Assembly (NCBI GenBank): GCA_036172245.1
Contig: JAYWIR010000010.1
Location: forward strand, 372,001 to 436,000
From: Raillietiella orientalis
Taxonomy: Eukaryota
DNA length: 64,000 bases
Direction: 5' to 3'
In this document: in pieces, positions 1 through 11,390 of the stretch
Layout: the number at the start of each line of letters is the position of its first letter
Numbering within the stretch: the first letter of the stretch is position 1
The notes under the pieces: model-generated
What the model was told of the DNA's origin: nothing
Database searches by the model: none
Seen by the model: only the letters and a program-made list of their open reading frames with translations
Program-made: the position numbers and the translations under genes

Positions 1-2349
1 TGCAAAGAAAAGCAACAGTACAAGCTGCAAGATGATTTCATTTGATTTGAAGTACATTTTTATTGAAGAAGTTCATTTACACTGCAGTGCCAATGACTAA
101 CGTGTATTTCGTTTTTTGGTGTGCAATGTGAAAAAAAAGTCAATGTAGTGGAAGCCTTTAGAATAGTTTCTTTAAAATTTGAAATCTTAGGCTAATTTTC
201 TCCATTTGCATTTGCATGCTTTACTCTTCACTATTGGTTGTTGCTTATTTATCATGTGTTAATTTTAAGTAATACCTGAGTTGAAAGTGTTGAATGTGAA
301 AGTTTTTAAACTTTCACATTCAGAATTAAATTCATTTCAGTAAACTATTCTGAGAATCTCATGAAGAATCTCTATCTCGTGAACTCTGGTGCATATTGGA
401 AAAAATGAATCATTTACACAACTTTGGAAGCTCTTGTTCCTCAGCTGCATATTCTGTCATATTTTTCACTTGCAACTTTACTGTTGTTTTCACGAAATTC
501 AAAAGCAAACAAGGTATTGAAGATGATTTTGATGTAAATCAAACAATATGCTTCAATAAGTTTTGTGACATATTCAAAGCAGAGAAGCTGCCTCCTACAC
601 TGGACATGTATGTAGTTTTATATGTTGATACATAATTCTGTGACTCTCTTAAAAGGCTGAATCTCATGTACAGAATATTTAGATTATCAGGAATTCAAAC
701 TGTTGTTAAGTAAATGTGCATGTATAATGACATTGATAAAGAGCTTTTGAATTAATCCAGAAAGTTTATGCTGATTTGGCAACTGTGTCCAAGGCAATCA
801 CCCAAAACCCAGCATTAAATTCAGCAATTTTATTTCTTGCATGTATAAACTGGAGAAGGCAAATGTGAGAGAAGACTGCCCAACAACCTACTAATGATTG
901 TCTCAAGAGAAACTTGTATTTACAGATGAGTTTTCTTATGAGTGGACTACAGAACACATTACTTTATTCACTTTATTCACAAAATGAAAGGAAAAGGAGA
1001 AAAATAATAATAATAAAATAAAAAACAAAACAATGGAAGATAGAAGTTTGAAAGTTCTTCATAAAATGAAGCATAAATGGGTGACAACTCACAAAACTAG
1101 CATATTAAAATAGTAATGAAATTCATTTTCTCCATCCACCTGCTACTAGATTTTCTCCTTGGATCACAACGAATTTCACCAATACACTTGAAAACTGGTA
1201 ATCAAGTGAGTAAAAAATCAAATAAGTGGCCTACTTAAATGATAGCTTCTCTATTCTGAAATAAAATGCTTTATAAAAGCCTTACAATCTATTCAACCAC
1301 TAATTTTGAGGTAAGATCTGGATGTATATTATGTTTCTCTTGCTGAGAGCCCTTTGTAGCTGTGAAGAGAAGCAAAACAACTTACAAGCCTGTCTTAAAT
1401 TCAGCAAAATGATTTCAATAGAAAGTCTCATTTGCATTAATAAGGAATGAATAATCACATCATCTAAATTGATAATCACTATTAATATTGATGAAATATT
1501 CGTTCATTATTAATGTCAGTGGCAGGTCAACAAGGCAAACGCTAAAAGAATTACATGTTTAATTATGGTAATTAATTTCACAGAGAGCAACCTGTAATTT
1601 ATTGAAGAGAAGTTCTCAAAATAAGTCACAACACACTGGTTTGATTTCAAATTCATGTTGTAGCAGACTTAATAATGAGAAAAACGTGCAAGAAATATTG
1701 GTGCATGTAAACTATTTTGGAACATGAAACAAAAGCAAGCCAATGAGGAAAGAACATTATTGATAAAAAGTTATTAAATTACACAATCAAACTGCAACGA
1801 ATTTACTGTTCAAAATGTTATCAGAACAAATTTGGGCATCACTTATGTCATTATGATTACATCCTTATAAAATGAATACGGGATGTACAAAAGCATTTTT
1901 ATCAATAGTATAAAGTACTTAAAAATTACAGCATGGATAACTATGAGAAAAAGCACCTGCCATGGAAATACAAATTGTTATTTGGATATGAAAACATGAA
2001 AATCTCGAAACAGCATACACTTTGTGCCGAACGGTTTGAACACAATTTTGACTATTTATCGAATTTGGAAATTTCTGCTTTTAGAGGTCACTTGGCATTT
2101 CGAAAACAAATGTTGATAAGCAATTGCAACTATGAATGAAATTGAAAAAGAAAATACCATAACATTTCAACACAAGCAAATTCTGTCACCCAACACGCCA
2201 ACACGTTCCAATGATTTACCTGCAGCACATATTTACGTCCATTTGTGTATAAAACATATGGATACGAATACAAATGTGGGTTATTATTCATAGTTTGTTT
2301 TAAATACACTGCTACGGCACCCTGCGAATGTTTTCACTATTTTACATTC

Positions 2350-4800
2350 TCTCTCAAATACAGTTCACCTCCAATGTGAAAACCTACTGCTGTAGTACCC
2401 TTACCGATGTACATGTACTAATGATTTCAAAACTAAGGACTTGAAAATCCTTTCACTAAAGCAGGGGAGAAAATCGACACGGTCCCCAATCGTGATGAGA
2501 ACAAAGAATTGATCTCGCTTGGAACGATTCATGGAAAAATCCTCAATAAACAACTCCACTCTAAAATGTGGAAAAAAAGAAACAAAAAAAAACAAACTCG
2601 AAATTCATGCTGAAAACAGCTATTTGGGGGGAGGGGAGGATTTTACAGAAAAGTGTGACACCACTACTTAGGCGTGCCAATCGTGCTCTAAATATCCAAT
2701 TTGTGTTCTTGAATAAAAAAAGACAAACGAAGTGTATTAACCAAACTACTGGACCCGATCGAATGTTTAATTTCAGCATCATTATTTTGGCTATGCATCT
2801 AACACGAATGGAAATTGAGGTCATTTCTAGATTTTTCCTCCATCAGAGGAACGTGGATCTCTTTATGAAAATGCTGAGGCCACTTTATGTAAGCATAACC
2901 CGTCCGTGAATTCGAAAGAGAAACATTTCAAGTGATGATTATTGACTATAAGGTATCACTCAACCTTGAACCTTATCTAACATTTGTGGTCGGCTTTCGT
3001 TTTGGGGTTGCAATTTCTGAAAACCGGGATTGAATAATCTGTTGCCTTCCTGAAATGCTCGAAAATTCTCACAGCTTCATCCACACTGGAGACACCTTTC
3101 TCGCTCTTTTTTCCATGGGAATTTTCGTTCCAAAAAAATCCGACAGTTTGCTGACAACGAACAAACGTGATTGTGTTCTTGTTAAAGATTTCCGCCATCC
3201 TTTCACGGTAAAAGTGCATCATTTATGAGTGAGAGACGCTTTCTACTTGGATTCCGATACTGCAGTCAGTTGCTCTGCTTTTTTGGTTTTTGGAGAGTTT
3301 GTAATGACTCTTCAAAACACTGAGTTCCTCGTCTTTCACGGTGTGCACAGGGAACTTGTGCACATGCTTTCGAACACGAAGATCTTAATATCCGTGAAAC
3401 GGAGAGCCAACTACTGTTCCGTGTTGAGGCTTTCGTTTGAAAGCATCTGATGCACTGCACAGTGCTAGTTAGTGTTAAAGCCACATAACTGGACCGTTCT
3501 TGCCATTCGTGCCTGCTGCCTAGTGCCTCTGCAAGTGGAAGCAGGAAAATGAAGAATTTACTGATTAGTTGGCTGCAAATTAAGCTCTCAGGATCCTTTG
3601 CCACGTACGGAACGCTGATATGCTTGGCAATGAATTGAACTTTTAATGGAAACCATAACTTGAGTTGGTAGCTGTGGCAATAGCATGATGATGTGGAATG
3701 AATAGTTTAGAGGAATTTGAAAACCAGGCAATCTGTAAGGAGAATCCGCTTGATGCTGAATTTTCATTTTCACCGAGTTTTGAATGATTCAGACTTTGCG
3801 GCGGAACTTGTGAAGAAGGGCACTTGAGGGAAAAATATGCTGCTGAAATACGCACATTGCTCTGACTATGGATACTCGTGTAGATATGCCTTAACTTCGT
3901 TACATAATCAATTACACAATCTGCCGTGTTATTCTGTCTTCGAGAGCATTTCCCTGAAGTCGGCGGTGCATCTTTTCACGCAGGCTTCGGATACGTGATT
4001 CAACAACAAGGGCTCATACTTTGTGCTTGGTGGTTAATCGAAGACTGAATGATATGCTAATGTCGTTTCATTGCAACATGCAGATGCCGATTCCGTAGCG
4101 TCCAGGAGCGAAAAAAATGCTAAATGAAAAACGTAATTAGAATTCAATTACGCACTTATCTCTTTCGTAAAGAAGAGCAAATCGAGTCATTCACAATCGT
4201 CCTGCAGGGGACAGAAATGAGTGTTACACGAAATGGAAAGTGTGTTCGAAGAAACACTTTGAGCATTTGCTTGCATTTGCATGTTTGAGACTCCGCCGCA
4301 AGAATCGCACTTGGCGCACAGGAGGCGGCATTCGCAGCACCTCGCTTTCTCGATTTCCCTGTTCAAATAAATTAAGCAAGACAGTACCTTCATGATTTTC
4401 CAAACTTTGGAACCAGGAATGTACACAAATTTGGCATGATCAAACTTCAGAGGGTGAGAATTTTGGGGGTTTTGCATAACAGTTCAAAACCTTTCATTGA
4501 CCGGAACGAATGCTTCTTTCGTGGATCGACTTTTTCCGGTGGTGGTAAATGGTAGGAAAGACTCGGCATCCACGGAAGCGCGGTTGAAACGAACTTTTTC
4601 ACCGCATCGGATCACCTATTCGAGCTTTTTGGATTCAACCACTGCTTCCTTCTGTTCAACATTCACTGTTACTGCATCGAAAAGAATAACAGAAACGATA
4701 AAGCTTCTGAATGCTTGAATGATAAGCATTTGTTGAGGCACAAGTCACTGTGGATAAAATCGTGAACAGTTGTGTGCATGATACAGATGGAAACGGGAGC
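2350..4800 (-). mobile_element. Decayed LINE ORF2 (APE + RT), possibly L1/Tx1-like
   Basis: Colinear degenerate motifs: TNAYH (~GDFNAHH), KFDHAKF (~SDH), VWKIM (~WKLN), KDPESLICSQLIS (~KDP..YRPIS), KACAQV (~KAFD.V), EKGVSS (~GVPQ), FTDGLCL at ~2890-2910 (~FADD), MLKLN. Many stops and frameshifts. Confidence 0.5.
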
Positions 4801-5129
4801 TTCCAGCATATCTCATCAGCACATTCTCCGTTTGAAAACAGCCCTTCACTTTTTTTCCAAAAGAGAATTGATTGCCGTGTTTTCCGACCATCCCAACAAA
4901 CTTTCACGGCACTCTCCGATCTTTTACGATAGAGAGCACGGGGAAGAAGGAGGAGAAAAAAAGAAAAAAAAAAAAAATGAGGCATCCGCGGCCTTTTAGT
5001 TTGACCTCAAGGGCTGGAAGTTTGTTTATGCAGAATCTTAATTCCGTCGAAGTAGAACTACCTATGCAGGAAGCATAATGCGAAATAAAAATAAAAAAAA
5101 ACATGTTTCCGTAATTGGTGGCAGGGAAG

Positions 5130-5131
<2 letters not shown>

Positions 5132-5160
<29 letters not shown>
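5132..5160. repeat. (CA)n microsatellite
   Basis: Read directly. Confidence 0.95.
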
Positions 5161-5164
<4 letters not shown>

Positions 5165-5168
5165 CAAT

Positions 5169-5934
5169 GGATGATCCACGGAATGACAAAACTGTCGGGA
5201 ATTGTGGCATGGGCTGAACGTGGCTCGCGGAATGCGTTTGTTCTGTCTTGTGCATCTTGAGATTTGATTTCTTTCTTTCTGTTTTTGATTGCTTTACCTC
5301 CCATTCTTAGATGCATGTCAAGAAAGCACATAACGCCTTGAAAGGCAGATGCAAACCGAAATTCTCGAGCTCTGGGATGTGCGTTTCTTGCAGAGTTCGA
5401 TTTGCCCTCCCCCCCCCCCGGCCTCCCTCCCTCCCCGGTTCGTTTGTGCATAGGGTTATCATGGCAAACAGAAAGCACACTCTTGAGGAGAATTTCTGAA
5501 TTGCGTGGAGAGCTTGTCGGGTTTCCGGTCCTCGAGAAAGCACACGCCTAGCTGGGCGTCATTTTAGAAACACTCCTCAAAGAACCACATTGAGCAATCT
5601 GCGTCGATTCTCGAGTCGCCCAAGCCGAGCTGTATGGAGGCGACCATGCAGAATCAAATGGATCTCTTTTTCGTCTGGGTTCTCCACTCGTTTTGTCCCC
5701 CTTGATTATGAGGATTGAGAAAGCGAATCGAGTTTGGCTCGACCTATTCAAAGTGGTGAAGGTTATGAGGCGTTACTGGAAAGGGAACTCGCTAAGCCAG
5801 AGAAGATGAGCTGATGACCGTTCTCGTCTGAAAGTGGAAGACTGTTTCAGACAGACTGTTCGGCGTAGCGGACGCCTGGTAGCTTTGGAAAAAATAGAAC
5901 ATCACTAGCATAAAACGCGGATGATCCACGGAAT
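5169..5934. repeat. 16-bp exact direct repeat GGATGATCCACGGAAT (5169-5184 and 5919-5934)
   Basis: Read directly; the copies are 750 bp apart. Confidence 0.75.
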
Positions 5935-7599
5935 TTTTCCTTCTTTTCTTCTCCACATCATGACTTCCGGTCGTTTCACAGGACGCTACCTCCCCACCCA
6001 GCAGATGGCAGTGTTGTGGATAGTGCCGTTAAGGAGGATGTTAGGCGGGTTGAAGAATAATAATGATAAGAGTAATAGCATCTTCGCTGTCAGGTAGCGG
6101 AAGGAGGTCACTGATGAGGGCAACATGTGCGCGCGACATTACCGTTATTCTGTGCTGATGAAGTGATAGGGAGGTCGGTGCCACTGAAACGCCACTGAAC
6201 ATGAAGAGGGGCGCTCGCAACTGGGGATCCCGAATAGCGCAGCACATGCTTGATCCGATCACCCACTAGTGAAGAGTGAATGGGAATGGTCCTCCATCAG
6301 CGATCCATGCGCGGTGGTGCAGAGCGGAACAGCCCTGTCTTCGTATGCCTTTTGGCTCGCAAGGTGGTGCACGGGCGGAGTGTCTTATGCAAGCCAAGGC
6401 ACTTACGAAGGTGCGGCCGCTGGGATGAGCATCAATGGATTAAGCACTCGAGTACGAGTAAAGCAAGCAGAATCGATTATGAAATACGATGAACGTATCA
6501 AAGCTCTCTCCATGTCCATTTTTTTTTTTTTTTTTCCTTTCAGAACGAACTTCCGGAAATGGGCGTGAGAGATGAAAGTGAAATCGAAAGTATGGTTTAG
6601 TAAGTTTATTTCAAGTTCGAAATTTGAAGAAAATCTTACTGGGTTTTTAAAAGCAGCTGTCGACCAGTGTTCTTATAAGTTCTGACGATCACTTGGATAA
6701 GCCCATTTGGAAGAGGAGTGAGCTGCTGCTGCCGAATTTTTAAAGTCTGGAGAGCGGCAGCCACTCTTGCTGTGCTCTCGGAAAGACCCACTGCTTACGG
6801 TCGCGGAACGACATGCTCTCCCACGGAGGAGGAGATCCGAAACCAGCAATAAATAACGTGAACCGATTGAGGAGGAGCCACATTTGGCAACTGACTTCGA
6901 GAAGACTCGAGTGGAAGACTCGAGGAGCATCAGAAGAAGAAAAAAAAAAGTCGAGACGAGTGGGAGGGCCGTGGCGGTGACTCGGAAGAACAGCGCGGTC
7001 ATCAGCTGCATCGGAAAAGATCCACGATCACGATGCAACGAAGATTCACAGTGCTCTCTTATCAGAGAGACTCACCAGCCTCAGCAGCCCCGGCAACGGA
7101 ATGCATGCTGTCTCCCTGCATGCTGAATTCGCTCCAGACTAATTAAGCCCGGACAAGCTCCACACGCGCACGCAATAAACGAGGAAAAGGCAGCAAGGTC
7201 AAAGGAGAGAAAAAGTCAACAAGGTTTCGAAACCTGAAGACCGATGTGAAAGAAAGGAAAAAAACCCGGTGGGAAGGAAATCTTTCCGTTACCTTCCTAA
7301 AACAAGAAAAAAGAAAAACGGAATGAAGTGGATGCAACACAATAAAAAAAAATATATACATATAATTGCGAAGAATCGTTTCGTATCGTGAAAAAGTGTT
7401 GCTTCAGAAGTCGGTGAACACTTTGAAGAGGAAGCAGAAAAAATGAAAATTGGCCGATCGTTCCGTCTGATAAAAAAAGGAAAAAGAACGAAGCAATTTT
7501 CAATGTTGTCCTGAGGATACGCGATCCTGCGAAGGCCCCCAAGGCCCCAGGAAGCCGAAATTTCGGTCACCTAGGAAACGAGGCTTTCCATGGAGAAAG

Positions 7600-8040
7600 A
7601 AGTGCGATTGGTCACAGCTTTAGCGGTTGCACCACCGTCGGTCTCCGGAGCAAACGAGTTCCGAGTTCGCTGTTCCCGTGGACAAGACAGCGCCTGCTGC
7701 CCCGTCCACAGAGCTCCAGGAACGAACTCCAGCTGAAAACCGGCCTTGGTGGCGAAAAAAGCGAAACCGGTTTATGGTGCTGGACGCCTGCTGCCCGTAC
7801 GAGGGTGGAGGAAAGGCGTTCAGCGCAGCCAGAAGGAGAAAACAGGGAAAATACAAGTAGCCCTCCAGCTAGGCAGGGAAGGGAAGCAGTGCTTTGGGTG
7901 CATGCTTTCATCGTGCGCTCTCTGGGAGCCTGGGATCCAGGTGAGGAGGAAGTGCTCCAGGACCTTGGAATTCCGAAAAAGAAGTTGGCAACGATGGTTG
8001 AACCCGGTTGCGCCGGTTTGAATCCGGTATTTTGAAACAA
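7600..8040 (+). mobile_element. 3' end of an RLE-encoding non-LTR retrotransposon (NeSL/Utopia/R2-group), decayed
   Basis: Frameshifted motif series QLK-PALV (~RPDLV), VLDACCPYEGGGKAFSAARRRKQGKY (~D.T.PFE....AF..AR..K..KY) and VHAFIVRSLGAWDPGEEEVLQDLGI (~AFIVGSLGAWDP.N..L..LGI). An AATAAA at ~8504 may mark its 3' end. Confidence 0.8.
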
Positions 8041-8992
8041 GAACAAAATGAGCTACAAAGAGGAGGGGAAGGTATTCCCTGAGAAACAGGAAATGCTCCC
8101 CTCCCCCCCCCTCAAAAAAAAAAAGTTCACTCTGGATAACCACCGGCGCGCAAGCCGGCTTCTAAAAACTAAGGAACGGAGAGAGGGAACGATGAATAAA
8201 AACGCAAAAAGGACGAGAGGGTCTTTGGTATATACTGGGTGGTGAAGGGGAGGCTCCGGAGGATGGTTTCGTGCATCCAGCACTCCAGCGACATCTATGC
8301 GGCCCATGCCGCACGCAGGACCGACAAACAGATGCAGCCCGAGAACCCCAGCGGTCAGCTCTCGCGAGAAGGAAAACAGGAAACCGAGGAAGTGACATGC
8401 TGAGGGGTGACGTGTGCTCCAGAGGAGCATAAGAGGAATCCCGGAAGAATGCCAAGAACCCTCCCCCCGCCGTGTAGCACGTTATCTAATCGTTAAATCA
8501 AGACAATAAAAGTTTCACCAGGAGGCAGTCCAAGTCATCAACACCAGTCATTTGTTCCGTAAACCGAAATCTGAGCATCCGAAGCTGATCGTTGCTGCTG
8601 CAATGGAGCTACTCTCGACGTCTGTGGCGGTCCAGGCACGAGCGTCACAAAGGGTTCACTCCAGGAGTGCACTGTAAAAAAAGTGGCAGGTGCACTCTGT
8701 CCAAGAGAGCATGACGGAGAGAGCTTGGATGATTCCTGGGTGAGCTGTGGCGGTACGAGAGAGAACAAGACGTGAGCCGGCTGCCGCCTTTGAGGGGGGG
8801 GGGGCGCCTTGTCGAACGCGCGCGTGCGGAGATGGTCTGACCGGAAAATCTCGCCGCTCTTCGCACGCACTGGAGCGGCATGCGGCGCGCGCAGGCATGA
8901 TGTTCCTCGACTCCTGGAGGAGAACGAGGGAAATCTGGAAATCCAGGAACCTCGAGTGGAAGATACAACCTTTGGGATCGACGGCTGCGTGA

Positions 8993-9760
8993 GACCTCGA
9001 GAGGCTTTGTGGTTAAGACTTCTGCGTGTGGCACCATGCGTCGCGGGTTCGAATACTCCGGCAGAAACTGACGCCACTGAGTCGTTAGGTTCTGAGTTTC
9101 TCCTACAAGATGGCGCTGGTTGGCCGAGACATTCGAGCGTGGCACCGACAGTGGTTTAAGCCGGATGCCTCCCCATGAAGGCCGGAACACTGGGAGTCGA
9201 CCTTCGGGTCCTTCCAGGAATAAAGGAGTGGGGAATTCCCCTTCCTGTCGTGCAACGGAGAGCGGACCCCCCCACTGGGGGACCCCTCCGGTTTCAAGAT
9301 GGAGCAAGAGCCCTCACAGACACCTCTCCAGTTGTTGAAAGGAGCGGAACCCCCTCTGTTGCGGTGGTCCCTCTGAGTCGCCGTCTCTCCAGAAGAGTGC
9401 AAGGAAGCAAGCGAGAGCGATTCCCCTGCGGGAAGCTGCAGCGCCCCTTCTGAGTTTCGGAAGCGTCCCTTGGGGGTTCTCTTCAGAGGAGTGAACAGGA
9501 GCGGTTCCCTTGCGGGTTCCCTCCGGAGAAGAAATTTCTATTAGCATATCCTTTCCGGGTTCCCTTCGGAGAAGATGAAATGGAGAGGACCACCCCTTTT
9601 CCGGAGAGGTCCCTCCGGAGAGAATGAGAAAGGAGATTTCCTTATGGGTTCCCCTTCGGAGACAGCCAGGGTGCGATCCCCCTCCCAAACGTGAGAGGAA
9701 CGGACTCCGAGCCTTCCTATATTCATCAGGCGGGCCCCCTTCCGGGGTGCCCCCCTATCT
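8993..9760 (+). mobile_element. tRNA-derived SINE, copy 1 (tRNA-His-like head, ~750 bp)
   Basis: A-box-like AGGCTTTGTGGTTAAG at 9002 and B-box GGGTTCGAATAC at 9045. The head resembles tRNA-His (GTGGTTA..ACTCTGCG.TGTGGC). The body has repeated GGGTTCCCT(T/C)CGGAGA units and is homologous to the 49.3-49.9 kb and 28.5-28.7 kb copies. Confidence 0.7.
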
Positions 9761-10699
9761 TGAAGAATCACACGCATCCTCCGCGGGTGGCGTGGAACAG
9801 TGTTAAAGAGCCACGTGCGCCGCGAGGCACGCGACCGGCTCTTGAGGTACTTAGCGAACCAAAAAAAAGAAAACCTGAAAAAAATGCTGGAAGGGAAAAA
9901 ACAGCGAAGACAGACCTCGAGAGAGAACCGACCGCCGACCGCAGTTTCTCTCGCGGCTGCTGCTGCCGCGGCAGCCTCGCGTCGTAATGGGAAACCCCTT
10001 CAGAGGAAAACGGAGATGCGAAAGCTGGCTTTCTGGAAAACCTCTCCGAAATTCTGTTCGAGGTATCCTCACAGACGTGAGAGTGACCAGACGGGGAGGG
10101 GTCGCTTCCACGGAGGACACCTTCGCCACCTGAAACTTTCCCAGCTTGTCTTCTCGTTCATGATTTTGGTTCGCGCCTGTACCCATGACGCCCATCTCAG
10201 TTTTTTCCCTGCTCACAGAGCGTCGCCGATCCTAACTACGCGTGCGATGGTTACTCTTTGACCTTACCGACGCGCTCTTCCTGGAACCACCGATCGATCC
10301 TTTGGCCAAAAGGGGAAATGGACGTGTGCGGCAACAACGAAACAGAACAAAGAAAAGAAGCGCAGCTCCATGTGCCCAGGGTGGGCTCCAGACTCTTAGA
10401 GTGTGACAGGGGTGAGGCGTTTCCGGTGGCAGGGAGGAGTCCAGGCTGGAGTGAGGTTGAGGGAAGCGCCGGGGGCGGTGATGGTGGAGTCAGGCATTGG
10501 CGCGTGTTTTGGCTGCTGCGCGCCCATCGGACCCACCGAGAACGAACGGCGGCGACTTCTTTGGCCTCGCGTCGCTGCGAGTCACAGGCTGTGGTTCCCT
10601 CTCCCCCCACGCAGCAGCGGAGGAAGGTGCTGACCTAGCATCTCGGATCCGCGGTCCGCAAGAACGGAAGGAGCGCCAGCGGAAGCTGGAAAGACTCCG

Positions 10700-11390
10700 G
10701 CTGCCATTCGGTCCAGATCCCAAGCGACCGTAGGGTTCATTGGCGGATTCAGACGAATTGGTGAGACAGAAGGTAGAGGGACAGCGGTGCACCAACCCTA
10801 GATCAAAAGCAGCAAATGGTGGGATTGCCGGCACCAGGGAAGCCGTTGGAATCTCTCTATGAGTCCCGTTGGTGACCGGGCATCGGGAGAGATTCTTCTT
10901 GGATTGCTGCCGTTGCATTTCCACCAGGAAAAAGGGTGGGATAGATCAATCTGTTCTCGAGGGAAGGATCAGGGAGCCATTTTCAAGTCGGCGGCCTGCA
11001 AGGAAGGTGGCAACATAGGAGCGGTAACCGCTTCCCCTCGAAAAAAAGAATTTCAGCGCCCTTTTCAGCGCCACAGCTTCCCTGACGCCAGCTTCCATTC
11101 CTGTTTGACGGGAAGAACGGAAACCTGGGATTTGCGGAGCTCGTTCATCCAGACTTTCGAAATTTCCACACCTCTCGCTGCTTTGCAGCTTCTCCGATGC
11201 AGCGTGGCGAGAAGATGGCGACGTGGATGAATTTCGACGTCCTGGTGCGGCGGGACTTCGGACGCTTTTGGGAAAGGGAAGGCGAACACGTGATTATGGC
11301 AGGCCGAATTCGTCTTGCTCGAATTTTCCAGAACAAAGCAGTCGCGCGAAGATGCATCTTTGAAGAGAAGGAGCGCGCGAGAGAGACGAA
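10700..11390 (-). mobile_element. Decayed I-group LINE fragment (APE C-terminus and linker)
   Basis: ITCSPSL (~IDL.ICSPSL), FIHVAI (~SDH.PI), VWKFRKSG (~W.F.KADW) and SWWKC (~PWW..C), in order. Confidence 0.5.

Noticed and set aside
6347..6357. GCCTTTTGGCT matching the U2 snRNA 5' end (Utopia target)
   Set aside because: An 11-nt match only, not at the element junction.
8993..9065. Functional tRNA-His gene
   Set aside because: The acceptor and anticodon stems do not pair, and the sequence continues into a dispersed repeat body, so it is a SINE head.
9190..9760. Repeated palindromic units suggestive of a CRISPR-like array
   Set aside because: The units are irregular in length and sequence, belong to the SINE body, lack cas genes, and the context is eukaryotic.
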